From the NCBI RefSeq assembly GCF_009834535.1, contig NC_045697.1:51276001-51340000 (forward strand): a stretch of 64,000 nt of DNA. The letters run 5' to 3'. A program made the translations under genes and the position numbers. Below the pieces are notes generated by a model. It saw nothing but the letters and a program-made list of their open reading frames with translations, did not search any database and was not told where the DNA came from. Shown here piece by piece: positions 50,251-63,756 of this stretch; position 1 is the first letter of the stretch; the number at the start of each line of letters is the position of its first letter. The DNA comes from Camelus ferus (lineage: Eukaryota).

Positions 50251-51498
50251 TCCACACTAAGGAAAAAAGAATCCTTAATTTGAGCAATAATGTATGGTAC
50301 ATAGCAATTTTTTATTTATCTAGTATTCAGGAATGAGGTATGCTTTTTAAGAGACTCTTCAGATTATTTATTTACCTAATGAAGTAATAAAACATTTTCT
50401 GTGGTAGAATTTACCTTCTTAAAATAGTACTTAAGCTAATGTAATTTTAATATAAATGCTAAACAATCTAAAGCAAATTATTGTTATTATTCATTAGTGT
50501 TATAATCTATCCAGATTGATACCTATTCTGAGAGGAATAAGTAAGTGGATTTTTTTTTAATACTTGAACAAAAATTAATGTAGTACTTCAATTATGGTCA
50601 ATAAATCTCTAAGATCTTCAACATGATATAAAATTGGAGTAACTGTCAGGTTAAAAATGAATTTACTAGGATTTTTTGCAGGAAAAATAAGGAAGATAAA
50701 TCCATTTAGCGTTCTATTTGAGATCTTCTGGTGATGTTTTGATTTGAGAGTAAAATCCTAAGACATGCCTCTGAAAAACTAAGATTATCTTTCTATTACA
50801 TTTTCTTAGCAGTTATTACATGATAGTGAGCAGCTTTTTCCCTTAAGTTTTATTTAACATAGCTAATCCACTGTCTTGCCTGCCTCTAGATTCCTTTATG
50901 ACAATTAATATTCCTGGATACTACTGGTTTTCTTGGAAGGGACAGAGATTAAAAATAAAGCTTTTGCCTTAATAGGGAAATAATCCCTTTACTGTCAAAA
51001 AGTGTGTACTATGAATGAAATCACTAAGAAAAATCTATAAGTATTGTGTTGATTTTTTTATGAGCGATTCTTGCACAAGAAGTTAGAGTAGCAAAGCCTA
51101 AATATTTGAGAACAGTTTTTGCCAATTACGTATTTTGAATTTTTTAAACCTGTTTTCTTTTGTTGATACTGACCTTTTCCTTCAGCCCATTAACCAGCTG
51201 ACAAATTTTTGCAGCTCTATTTGTGGTATGATTTCTCATTTAAATTATATGCGTAAATAATTTTAGTTTCTGAAATGTGTCGAATGGATATTATTAAAGA
51301 ATAGTAGAAGCTCTTTGCTTATGTATTTTTTATAAGATATCATTTAAATTATGTTTTTATTTGTACCCTTTTTTGCCCTACTACTGATCCTTGTTGCTTA
51401 TGTTCATTTAAGCACCTTAATTAATACTTTCATGTTTTCAGAAATCTCTCCAAATGTTGTTTTTTTGAGGCTAGAAATATCTTAATTTTTCATTTTAG

Positions 51499-51615
51499 GA
51501 GATGCTGAAGAAGTGTCATCTTTGTATGGAGTCAATAGTGCAAGCCAAAGATAGACAGGCTGCTGAAGCAAACAAAAATGCCAGCATTTTATTAGAGGAG
51601 TTAGACTTGGAAAAG
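51499..51615 (+). CDS. ANKRD17: ANKRD17 exon 24 (117 nt): EMLKKCHLCMESIVQAKDRQAAEANKNASILLEELDLEK
   Basis: Acceptor ttttag|GAG, donor AAG|gtaatg. Confidence 0.95.
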
Positions 51616-52379
51616 GTAATGGTAACCTTTACATATGAAAAATACCTACTTTTGTCCTTTCTGCTTTTCTTTTTCCTAATTTATAACCTGGTTTTTCATT
51701 TTGTTTTGTTTTGGTTTTGCTTTTGCTTTCAATTAAGTACATGGTTTTCAAGTCTGGCTCAAATACTGAAGAGAATTATGAGTATTTTAATATCGTTAAA
51801 ATAGTTTTCTTTGTAGTCAAATTAACAAAATGTTACAAGAATTGCATTGATCTGGAAATCAGAGAACCTAGCCTCTAATGCTCAATTATCTCAACTAATG
51901 ATCTCTTAATCCTCATCCACATCTGTTCTTCATCGATCCCAGACCTTGTAACTTGTTGCCAACAGATTTATATCAGAAGTACCAAATACAATACGAAGGC
52001 ATACACTACCAAGGCCTAATCAACTAGTGAAATACAACCAGTTGGTGGAATGTTTAATATGTACCTTTTTAAATGGATGCTTTCTCTTGTACTTTTCTCT
52101 TTCAGACACACTACAGCATCATTCCTATCTATTCCCATGGGGTGTAAAATACTCCAAACAACGTATATTTTAGACAATTTCATAACGGCTTCTTTACTCC
52201 CGTTAGTGTCAATAACGGTACTCCAGAATGTAATAGTAATAATAATCATAGAAGGAAAAGAATTGCTCAGCATGGAATATTATGGAATATGTCCTGCCAT
52301 ATTTCATCTTTCTAAAAAAGGTTAAAAATGTATAAAATTTAACATGTATTCCTTAAATTTATAAAGGATATGCAGTGAT

Positions 52380-52577
52380 AGCAGGGGCTAGGGTTCCAAC
52401 CCTCCATGCAGTTGAAAATCTGAGTATAACCTTACAGTTGGGCCCTCCAAATCTGCAGTTTCATGTCCACGGATTCAACCAACCATAGTGTAGTATTGTA
52501 GTACTTACTTATTTTTTAAAAATCCACATATAAGTGGGCCTGCACAATTCAAGCCTGTGTTGTTCAAGGGTCAATTG
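52380..52577 (-). mobile_element. Tigger2-derived MITE, same family as 11710-11974, opposite orientation, one TIR lost
   Basis: Ends GTGTTGTTCAAGGGTCAATTG|TA; interior ggattcaaccaa and gttgaaaatctg are reverse complements of motifs in the 11710 copy. Confidence 0.8.
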
Positions 52578-55249
52578 TATAACCTTTTTTATTTAAGCCA
52601 GGTTCATTCATTTTTATTCTACTCGCTGACTTTGTTAAGCTGAACATTTCGTATTATATGAAGAAAACATGAATTATTTTAAACATTTTATTCTAAATTG
52701 AATGTGAAAATATACATTATTTTCAGAAAAACACATTTAATATCAGAGGTTCTTCATTTTAAAAAATTTCTAGTTTAGATTCTGACCAAATGAAAGTTAG
52801 CTTTTTGGCCACTTTGAAGCTTTAATTGAATATGAGCACGCTGAGAGTAGATACTGTTATAATCACTGTTGTAACTATTACTTGACCTATTTTTATATTC
52901 ATTTTCATCTAATATTTATTTAATGTCTGCTGAGTACCAGGCAATATAATAGGGCCAACCTGTATGACAGAATATGTATTATGAGTCTTCTCTACAAAAA
53001 TATTATTACCCTCATATTATAGATGGAGGAACTGAATCTATGGGAAATTAAGTAACTTTCCTAAGCCAGGCTAGAATTTAACCCACTTTCTAAATTTTAA
53101 ATTCCCTGGTTCCCTCTCCTCCCTTAACTTACCTCTTAGTGCTTTCTCCCTTAAGTATTATAATATCCTGTTTTGTGCATTACTCTAATGTTAAAATCTC
53201 TAAGTGACAGTTATTTCATGATACTGTTTCTTTTGCATTTGCATAAATCTCAGAAAGTGTCCTTTCTATAGCTGAGACATAGATAATCTGTTTTTAAATA
53301 AAATCTTTGTTTTATACCTGGATGTTACTACTTTACATGAAATAACCTTTAGGGATTTACTGCATACCTGTGGATTACAAGGTCAGGAAGCACATATGTC
53401 TTATTAAGGGTGTCTATTCTTAATCAATTTCAATGTTTTTTTAATTGCAATAATACGTTTAGTTTAAGCTGTGAGATATGCAAAGATATCTAAAATGTGC
53501 CATCATTATAAGGTGACTGAAGTTAAAAACCTGGTATGGTAATTAACTAAAAGTCCTCACCTGTACAGTTACCTTTGCAGCCTTTTAAGACCTTATGTGA
53601 TCTGCCCATCCATAGCACTCCCTGTACCTCTCTCTTATCTTATTTTGCTGTTTTCTCTTAGTCACTTTACTTCATTCAAAATGACCACCTTTTTGTTCTT
53701 GCTATGCTCTCTGCCTTGAATGTCACTTCAGTTGCCTCATATTTTAGTCTGCCTTTCGTGTTCTTCCTGTTCTTCCCTTCTTTATTTTCGTGTTCTAATA
53801 TTCTAAATACTGTATTTTTATTTAGTAATCTTGTTTCTCTCTCTACCACAAGAGTGTATGCACCACAAAATGGTACCTGGCATGTTACAGGTACTCAGTA
53901 AACATTTGTTTAGCAAATAAATATCCACGTATATGAAGACAGTGTACCTTTTAAAAAAATATTATCATGTGAACATATTACTCTAATACTTGCTTTTCCC
54001 TCTTTCAATAACTGAAGAATATTGTCAGTTGATAGTGATTTAAATAACTGCATAATATACTCCACAGCAAGTTTGTTTTGAGTTTTTTGTCACTGCAAAT
54101 AATGTTGCAGTAAATATCCGTATACATGTTTCCTTATATTTTGGTGCTTTTATTATTTTTATGGAGTTTCTTCACTTGGGTCAATATATTTTAAATTTGG
54201 TACTTCTGGAATATTTTCCTACTACCATCAGCAATACATAAGTGTTTTTTCCTTGAATTCCTGCCAGCATTTCTTAACCTTGATGTTCATGCTTTCAGAG
54301 CCTCAGATTTAAGGCAAAAAAAAAAGGAACTTCTTTCAAATGTCATTGCGTATTTTTCCATAATATTAAAACTCAAAGGTGATAATTCTTAATCATAAAT
54401 TAATTAGAGCTAATTCTCCATGCATTGATCCTTTATAAGCAATTTTGAATGGGGGGTGGTGCATGGATAGAATTCTAGATTATAGAGGAGGCCCTTTCCT
54501 GAACTCCAGCCCCTTTCTATTTCTATTTGAAAAATTATCAGATTGAGATCTGATAGGATTTGGTTCGCTCTTTTTTACTTATGATTTAAATCTGGAAAAG
54601 TACAGTTTTTTGCCTTTGAGACACAGTACATTCTGGCTCCACCTTCTGATTTAGGAACATCATAGGAGTTGGTCCCATCTGGTTTAGGTAACTTACTGCT
54701 TGTATAAAAATGCTCCTTTGATCAGCCTTTCTAATTTGAAAATGTTGGTTAATAGGTTTGTAAAAACTGCTGTGGAGAATACTGCTCATTATATTGAACA
54801 GATTCCTTTGTCCTTATGCAGCAAACATTTGATTTACTGAGCATTTACTATGAAGAAGCCATGCTCTAGAGCAATTGATATGGTCAGACTGTGAAGTATT
54901 CTGGCAGTTAATTGCTTGTTCTCTTAGGACGTTAACTAAGTTATGTTTTGGGCTGTTAGAATCCTTAGTGGGTGTTATTGGTCTGCACTTTTAATGTCTC
55001 ACCTCCCTACTTTATCACTTCTTGTTTCTCGCCTTTGTCTTTGTAAACTTTCATAACCTTTTAGGGAATTATGTAGGGTATATTTTTTAAATATTCCTTA
55101 TAGATATTTTTAATTGGGTTTTTTGCCACCACCTGAAGCTGTTGACATGCCCACTTCACAATCTCAATTTTACACATTTAATTCTCTATCATCTCTTGTC
55201 TTTTCAGCTTTACTTCCTCTAGAATTCTACATCCAACAATCCTGAAAAC

Positions 55250-57190
55250 ATTCTGCCTACCAGTAAATTGTAGGATCCATTTATCATACCACCCTTCACT
55301 GGCCTGCCTTACTCTTTTCTTTTCCTTATTCTTACCTGAACCCTAGTAACTGAAGGTATCTAGGGAAAAAAAACAAACAAAACTCAACCTTGATGACTAA
55401 TTTTACATTAAATGTGTGACAGTGGATCCTTTACTGCTGCCCAGTAGTCATACTGTATCTTTCTCTAGTTCAATGTATTCTCCCACTCATCTAGATCGTT
55501 ATTTCTTTCTCCTTTATTTTGACTTCTAGTACATCCTCTTCTTCTCCCTCAGTTGCTGACCTTACATCCTACATCAGTGAGAAAACTGAAGCATCAGAAG
55601 AAAACTGCCAAAGACTTCCCCCACCCCATCTTCCTATCCACCACCCCGATACTTCCTACCAGTTACTAAATAAACCTGTAACCAGTCCCTCTATTTATGA
55701 GCTAGATCCTATCTGCTTTCTGCTATCCTTTACTCAAAAACATTGTTGTAGCAATTCTCTCTTATTCTATATCATTTCCCCCTTCTCCGGGATCATCGTC
55801 ATCATCATATAAGCTTTATCCAATTGTGAAAAACTTTTTCCAACATTCTCCCACCCCAGTTATCAGCAACAAGCCCATTTCTTTGCTTCTGATTGCAGGA
55901 AAATAGACTATTTTGGCTATTTCCATTTCTCTTTTTTCTTGAATCTACTCCTGCCAGGCTCTCACTCCCATAGCTCCACCAAAACTATGCTTTTATGGTC
56001 TCCAGTGGCTCTTACATAGCTAAATCCAATGATTACTTCTCTATCCTGATCTTACTAAGCCTGATAACACCTGACATACTCTCTTTTCTTGGACTCTACT
56101 ACACTACACACTCTATTTTTCTCTTAGCTTTGTGTATTTTCCTTCTGTGTCTAGTTTCTGCTCTTCTCCCCTCCTACTTGGCAATCCATTTAGCTCATTA
56201 CATGATCTTTTTTCTTTATGCATTGATCATCTCATCTGCTTCTTAGCTTTAAATATATAGTAACTAATCCCAAATTTGTCTCTTTAGCCCAGACTTCTTC
56301 CCTAAACTCCAGTCTCTTATATGCAACTAGCTACTCAACATGTCCCTTAGATACCTAATTAAATGTGTTATACTTACATCCAGTGTGAACTGATCTTTGC
56401 CCACTCCAGACCCACAGCTCTGTCTTCTAATTAATTGCTCAGGCTAAAAACCTTGATAACATCCTTGATTCCCCTCTGTCTATCCTTCATTGTGTTGGAA
56501 AATCTAGTTACCTTTGCCTTAGAACTACATCTTGAATCCTAATGACTATTCATCACTTCTCACCCTGGTTCATGTCATTAATATCGTCTCTTACCTGTAT
56601 TTCCACGGTAGTCATTTAACTGGTCTCCCTGATTCTGTCATTGCTCTGCAGTCTGTTCTCTATTTAACTTAGAGTGATCCTCTCGTATCACTTAGATCAA
56701 ATCACTCTTTTTCTCAAACCCCTACAATGCCATTTCTCTCAGAGTAAAAGATAAAAGTCTTTAAAATGCCCTGTGAGACCTTAGGTGATCAAGCCCCCTG
56801 ATATATTCCCTGAAAATCATTTTCTACTATTCTCAGCAACACTGGCCTACTTAAACATGCCAGTTCTGCTTGAACATACTTAAAGCTTATGTACTGGCTG
56901 TTCTCCTTGCCTGAAATACTTCAAATCTTTTAATGTTTACTTAAACTTCACCTTCATGTCCTCCTACATGTCCCCACATACACACTTCTCTTCTTCCACT
57001 CCAGTATTCTGATTTTACACTGTATTTAACACCTTTTAAACAACTGTGTAATGTATTATGTTTAGCATCTGTGTGCCTCCCTTGCAACTAAATAAAAGCT
57101 TCTTAAGCTTCGTGAGGGCAGGTAATGTCTACTAATGAGTCCTGAGAAACTGGAACCATGCTTAGTATATAGCAAGTTATCAATAAATTT
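55250..57190 (+). mobile_element. Long decayed L2 LINE (L2a-like), approximate
   Basis: Pyrimidine-rich L2 text (gctaaatccaatg, agcccagacttcttccctaaactccag, ctggtctccctga, gtgagggcagg...tcaataaatt at the 3' end). Confidence 0.75.
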
Positions 57191-57740
57191 TCACTGGATC
57201 CTGCCCTCCCCTCAACTTGTACTCCTTGATCTCTTTCTGTTATTGATGTCACTACTGATTATTCAGAAATGAAATCTTGATGTTGTTTTCAGATTCTCAC
57301 TGATCTTTGCTCCCCATTCTCTATATCCATCAAATACAGTAGTTTAGTAAATTAACTTAATCCAGTGCCTGGCACATATTAACCCCTTACATATTAACAA
57401 TATCAATATCATCATCATCACCTTTAATTGAACTTTGGCAGTCTCTGTATGAGCCTTCTCTTCCGTGTTGCCACTTCTCACCTGAAGTATTGCAGTAGGC
57501 TTCTTAATAATCTCTCTACAAATAAATATTTTTGCCTTCTGTCAATCCTACTTTGTTCCAGTGTAACTTTTCCAGTTCCCATAGTTTCTAATACATAGGT
57601 GAGGTTGCTTTTCTCCCTCCCTAAAATCCTTCTGTCTTTCTTCATTGTCTGTATGGTAAATTTCAAACATTCAGCTCCTCCTGTCTTCTCTAGGCTCATC
57701 ACTTAATATGTTTTCTACTTCTCACATACTTCATTCACTC

Positions 57741-57818
<78 letters not shown>

Positions 57819-57820
57819 TT
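57741..57820. repeat. Compound (CTTT)n(ATTT)n tetranucleotide microsatellite
   Basis: Directly visible; about 12 CTTT units followed by about 8 ATTT units. Confidence 0.95.
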
Positions 57821-57905
57821 TTTTGGTGGAAGAATTGGGGATTGAACCCAGAATCTTGTACATGCTAAGCATAAGCTCTACCACTGAGCTATACCCACCC
57901 TGCCC
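57743..57905 (-). mobile_element. tRNA-derived SINE (vic-1-like), antisense, with tail expanded to microsatellite
   Basis: ggggattgaacccag...catgctaagcataagctctaccactgagctataccc; degenerate TSD tcattcactctc / tcattccctttc. Confidence 0.88.
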
Positions 57906-60900
57906 TCATTCCCTTTCATATATCCTTTCATATATCATAGATTTGCACATGGTATTTCTTTAGTATGAACTACCCCTCCCTAAATCCTTAAATTCTCATC
58001 TTTTAAGCTTTACTCTTAAATATCAATTTGTTTTCTGAATCCACAATTAGAAACCACCATTGGGTAGTGCCCTTTGCTTTTCCACAATGAGGTTTGGCTC
58101 TTTTCTTCAAAGCCTCTGCATTCCCCCACATATGCTCATAAACATGTTGCAGTTCTTCAGTAAGTGAAATGAGGTCTAGGCATATACCTTGTGAGAAATT
58201 AGAGGATGTAGGCTAAATTTCTAACTCTCTTCCTGTACCTCCAGACTTATTTGAATCTCATAGTTTATTTTGTTTTCCTCTTTTTTCTTTCAGATCTTGT
58301 ATCAGTTATTACCATCTCCCCCATACTCCTATTATCTTCAGTGCCTACTGTTTCATTAACTCCTACCCTCTTTCTGCAACTTAATCAAGTTAACTATCAT
58401 AATGAAATCTTAGCTCACACTTAGTGTTATGTTTCCTTATCCAAATATGTTAAGGAAATAATCTATGTCTTATTGACTCTACTTTTATTTTTGATTCTCA
58501 TCCTGGGACCATTTGCTTATTTCTCCACTATTCCAGTGAATTGACTATGGCAGAGGTCACCAATGGTATTTTATTGCCAAATCCATAAGATTAGACATCT
58601 CATACTTGTTTCCCTACCGATACTTTGTAATACTTATCAATGTTGATCTGCTTTCCTTCTTGAAACTCTTCTCCCATTGAAGGTGCTTTCACCTGTCTTC
58701 CTCTACCTGATTACACCTTTCTGAAGTATCTATTGATCTTCTTTTTTATTATCAGATATTCCCTCCCCTTTATCTTTTACACACACACAAATATTGTTAC
58801 AGCTTTTTCCCTTTGATGATTTCATTTAATTCATTAGTTTCAGACACCACCTACAAACTAATGATATCTCTTAAGTCTGTATCTATCCTATCAAATTCTG
58901 CTTAGTTTTAGAGAGCTCCAAGCCTTGTAGGTCCTTTTGCAGTCATAGTCTGAGCTCTCTCCCCCTAGAAAGAAATCGGTTTTCTGGTTCCTCTGGATTT
59001 CTGCCCCACTTTTTAGTGAGTCCAAAGGGTAGGTAAGATCTATAAGATTATCACTATACCAGCCTTACAACTTCAAAATCTAGAAACAAGAATAAATATC
59101 TAGCCCATACGGCTAAACTCTAAAATGTGATAATTCAGACTTTGTTGCCGGGGTCAACTGACTGAACTCGGTAAACCTGAGGCACATACATACCTAAGGA
59201 CTCAGTCGCAGCCACACTCTAAGAACTATCCCAGCCCTTCACCCCTACCCAGCCGTAAGTCCAGCCTGCTTTCTGATTTTTCTATTTTTAAAAAAGTTCT
59301 TCCCTTCCTTGAATACAAATCACAGTTACTTCCTACCACTGAACAAATTTTAAAAAGCAGGCAAAGTGAAAAATTCATCCTGGCTGAGCCAAAAGTCTTG
59401 AACCTCATTTGTTATCTTTATTCCCCAAAAAGCTATTTCTTGTGGCTTTCTCAAGGCTTTTCTGTGCGTACAGGCATGATATAGATAAAATATCAGTTTT
59501 ATTATGCCTAATTCTAAATTGGAGAGGCTTAATATAGACCAGCCACAGTTGCTTTTAAAATGTTTTTCTGGCACACGCTTCACCCCTACTTCGCCTCCTC
59601 TCCCTTTTACACTTACCTATTTATTTCATGAAATTCAATTAGACAGGACAACCCCAGGCCTCACTCATGGGAAAGATGGAGAAAGTATGTTTCCTGAGGA
59701 CAGGCCGCTAGCTGAAGCAGAGCTGAGTTGCACATGCTCAATTCCTTCTTTCAAACTCACCAGTCAGATTGTACTCCTCCTCCCTTGCAGTGAGCTAGGG
59801 TGTAAAAGTCACCAATTACTATTCTTCCCAATCCTTTGGAAAGGTCAGAAACTCTTCTTTTACTAGTCTTCAGAGGTAACTTGTATACTTCTGGAAGACT
59901 AGCAGTAATTTCAAGGGGGTAGATACCATGCGGACGATTTCTGTATCTTCAACTTCCATTTGTGTTCTTTCGTGAAATCCATCTGCCTAAAAATGTATCA
60001 GGGTTCTACAGATTCTCCTTGATTATTTCACTTTCAAAAACAAAAGATTTATCTCTTACCCAAGAAAATATAATTATGTTACATTGCCCCAGAGTATAAA
60101 ACTTTCAAGGTGGGCAAAATCTTTTAGGCGCCAACAGGGATCATTTCTAAAGGCAGGAGGAATGTCTAGCAAAAGCTAGAGACATAAATGAAGTCAGACT
60201 TTTTCTCATGAAAAGTAAGTCTGATTTGACTTATGAGTTTGTCTTTAAGCACTGGTTTTATTAGCTAGGATATTGTGACATTTTCCATAAACTGAGTATC
60301 ATTGTTTGGACACATATTTAAAATACACATAAAACGTATGGAACACTAGATTTGGGCAGGAAATATATAGTTTGAAAATGTCATTTAGACAGCTTGCAAA
60401 CAAAAGAGTTTGAAGATGATTTTCCCACTTTATGAACGAAAGAGGAAAATTTAATAGTTAAAATAGCTTATTAAGACATGTTATTGGACTTTAAAATTTA
60501 CTCTTAGTTTAATATGTACCCAGTTTAACAAATAGAAATAATGTAAAACTAAAGTAAAATTGAAAGTCACCTTCTTTCTGCTACCTCTCTTCTAGGCCCA
60601 CCCTCTAATCACTAGTAAGCCTTTGATTTATATCTCTGTCCTCTTAGCCTTTTTTTTTTTTTTTTTAATTTGCACAAGGAGACCCACATAAAGGGCTTCC
60701 CTCACCCCCCCCAATAAATGAAATCAGTGGTCTGCAGTTTTTCTTTTTCTTCCTAACAAGTGTAAATTGTGTGCATTTTCCCAGGTATATGTTTATAACT
60801 TTTAATGGCTTCCTAGTATTCTGTGAATGTATACTGTTGTTAATTTATGCCACCTCCCCATGGATTTACCTTATTTCCACTTACTACCATTGTAATCAGT

Positions 60901-61414
60901 TTTGCAATGGAAAATATTGAACCTATATTTTTCCACTAGAGATAGTGATTTTATAGAATAAATTCTTAGGATAAGCCATTTATAATTTTCATAGGAGACT
61001 TTTAAATTACCTTTCCTAAAATGTTAATATTTATACCAACAACAATGTAGGTAAGAATTCATTTTCCCAAACTTTGCTATCTAATATCTTTTTAAATTTT
61101 CCCAAATTGATGAACAAAACATGGTAGTTTATTTTAATTTACATTTTCTTAGTGATTATGAAGTTATGTATATCTCTCATTCATCCATTTTTAAATTAGA
61201 TTGTCTTTTATCATTAATTTGATCTTGACATTTAAAAATATTATTTTCTCTTTACAGTGATTTGATTATGATCTTGATCAAAAATGAGTTAAACTAAGAT
61301 GACTTTGAATTTTTTTGTATCCCAGTACCCTTATGATAAAGTGACATTATATGACAACTTTTTTTCCAAGGTAAATTCTAGTGTTATATGTCTGTTTTAT
61401 TGATTCTTTAACAG

Positions 61415-61586
61415 TTAAGGGAAGAAAGTAGGAGGCTGGCTTTGGCTGCCAAAAGAGAAAAGAGAAAGGAGAAGAGAAGAAAGAAAAAGGAAGAACAAAG
61501 AAGAAAACTAGAAGAAATCGAAGCCAAAAATAAAGAAAACTTTGAACTCCAAGCTGCTCAAGAAAAAGAAAAGCATAAAGTTGAAG
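61415..61586 (+). CDS. ANKRD17: ANKRD17 exon 25 (172 nt): LREESRRLALAAKREKRKEKRRKKKEEQRRK...KVE(D), basic NLS-like coiled coil
   Basis: Acceptor taacag|TTA, donor AAG|gtattt. Confidence 0.95.
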
Positions 61587-61739
61587 GTATTTTTTCTAAC
61601 CCATCTAGGTTGTTTGTTTCATGTAATACATTCTATTCAAAATTATGTTTTCTTAACTATCAGTAACTTAAGGTAAAAATAGATCTGTAAGTTATTAAGC
61701 CCTTATTAATATGCTATTTTCATTAATTGGCTTCCCCCC

Positions 61740-62450
61740 ATCTTTTTATTATAAAGAATTTCAAACCTATAGACAAGGAAAGAAAATGATAAACACCCGA
61801 ATACGCTTCACCTAATTTAAAAATAAACAGTTCACTATATTTGCTTTATCTTTTTCTCTAAATATATATACATATTTTTTCCTAAGTTGTCTGAAAGTGA
61901 ATTGTAGATATCTGACATTGCACCTATAAAACTTCAGCATGTCTCCTAAGAATGATGTTTGCTTACGTATCACAATACCATTTATAATACCTTAAAAAAC
62001 TAACAGTAATTCCATAATTTCATCTACAATCAAGACCATATTCAGATTTTTCTTGAATGGGGAGTTATTTTTAACTAGGTTCTAACTAAAAAATTATTTG
62101 AGATGAGGGTATTGTTAGGAAGAACCATTGCCACTACACCACCAAATACGTATGCTGTGTATGTGTGTTAGTTTCTCCCTCCTCCAACCTTTTATTTTGA
62201 AAAATTTCAAACTACACATAAAAGTTTAAGGATTAATTTAATGAACACGTGTACATCACCTAGATTCTTATAACATTTTGGCACATGAGTTTATCTTTTT
62301 TCCTTACTCTTCTTTTTAATGGTCTCATGTACAATGTCCGCATCATACGAAATCACCCCAAAATGCTTGAGTAGCATTCTCAGAAAAAGAACATTTTTCA
62401 TAACCACAATTATATTATTACACCTAAGAAATTTAATACTTTGTAGTAAT
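61740..62450 (-). mobile_element. Two old L1MC-type 3'-end fragments, approximate
   Basis: Both begin ttttatt..aa..atttcaaac.. followed by aacac....catcaccta; text typical of antisense L1MC4/5. Confidence 0.55.
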
Positions 62451-62704
62451 ATATACTGTGCAGAACATACTCATATTTCGTAAAATAATTTTTTATAAAT
62501 TTCTACTATGTGTTGTTTAGAACTTAGAACAGAAGAGAACAGATCAATCATATCTATCTCATTACTAATGAATACTGGATCGACTGATGACTTTGTGTCT
62601 AATAGTAGTAAAGTAACTTCTGGGTTTATTTTCATCGAGTGCTTAAAGCTAAATCTATCCTAAACACACTGGAACTTGCTAATTCAGTATTGCTACTTCT
62701 ACAG

Positions 62705-63152
62705 ATGAGCCTGAAGTCTTGACAGAGCCTCCAAGTGCCACAACCACTACTACCATAGGTATATCTGCTACCTGGACAACTTTGGCAGGTTCCCATGGTA
62801 AAAGAAATAATACCATAACTACAACCAGTTCAAAGAGGAAAAACAGGAAAAATAAAATTACTCCAGAAAATGTTCAAATTATATTTGATGATCCACTACC
62901 AATCTCATACAGTCAACCAGAGAAGGTGAACGGAGAGTCCAAGAGCAGCAGTACCAGTGAGAGTGGGGACAGTGATAACATGAGAATTTCCAGCTGCAGT
63001 GATGAAAGTAGTAACAGCAACAGCAGTCGGAAGAGTGACAATCATTCACCTGCTGTGGTCACTACCACTGTGACCAGCAAGAAGCAGCCATCAGTTCTGG
63101 TTACATTTCCAAAGGAGGAGAGAAAATCTGTTTCTGGCAAGGCTTCAATAAA
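62705..63152 (+). CDS. ANKRD17: ANKRD17 exon 26 (448 nt): (D)EPEVLTEPPSATTTTT...SGKASI(K), Ser/Thr-rich
   Basis: Acceptor ctacag|AT, donor TAAA|gttagt; ORF 62719..63357. Confidence 0.94.
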
Positions 63153-63600
63153 GTTAGTTCCAATTTTCATTTTTACTATTTATAGTATCATCATGAAACA
63201 CTTTGTTGCAGCATTTTTTAGCAAAGCAGGCAGATTAACAATAGACAAAATAAGGATTTGTCTTTCTTCCAAAGAAGGCATGATTTTATTTGAATTGAAG
63301 AATTACTATGTAATTTCTCCATTTCAGTTGTTAAACTTAGCCCATGAAAAGTATTGATTATGGTTTCTCAGGGATTATTATTGTGTTTCAGTTCTGCTAA
63401 ATTTGGCTTCTAAATAATATCTTCTTAAAAATTGGCCCTTCATATTATGCTAAATATTGAAAAGTGAAAAGTAAGTTTCTCATTTATTCATCATATTTAT
63501 TCTGAAAATAAATAATAAAGTCATGTAATAGATTACCTTTATCATTTAAAAATTCTGTATCTGTTCTATATTTAATATGTGTTTTTCCTCCCTGTTTAAG

Positions 63601-63756
63601 ATTGTCAGAGACTATCAGTGAAGTGACCAGTAATTCTCTCTCCACTTGCACAAAATCGGGTCCATCTCCCCTTTCCTCTCCAAATGGCAAATTAACAGTA
63701 GCAAGTCCTAAGCGTGGACAAAAGAGGGAAGAAGGATGGAAAGAAGTTGTAAGAAG
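63601..63756 (+). CDS. ANKRD17: ANKRD17 exon 27 (156 nt): (K)LSETISEVTSNSLSTCTKSGPSPLSSPNGKLTVASPKRGQKREEGWKEVVR(R), just before the KH domain
   Basis: Translated by hand; acceptor tttaag|A, donor AAG|gtgact. Confidence 0.94.

Larger units (their letters stand above)
4405..63756 (+). other. ANKRD17: ANKRD17 gene body (partial; 26 coding exons, about exons 2-27), ankyrin repeat domain-containing protein 17
   Basis: 26 AG/GT(GC)-bounded exons with matching phases join into one open 4,784-nt frame. Peptides such as VESFILDQDDLENPMLETASK, HLPANSQDVQGYITNQSPESIVEEAQGK and KREEGWKEVVRR match ANKRD17 as I recall it, rather than the paralog ANKHD1. Confidence 0.97.

Noticed and set aside
407..59866. 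The many 60-120 aa intronic ORFs rich in F/L/I/K
   Set aside because: Composition reflects AT-rich DNA and decayed L1/L2 repeats; no domains or coherent exon structure apart from the Charlie fossil.
4405..63756. Identification as the paralog ANKHD1 or as a pseudogene
   Set aside because: Linker and C-terminal peptides match ANKRD17 as recalled; all exons are intact, in phase and intron-separated.
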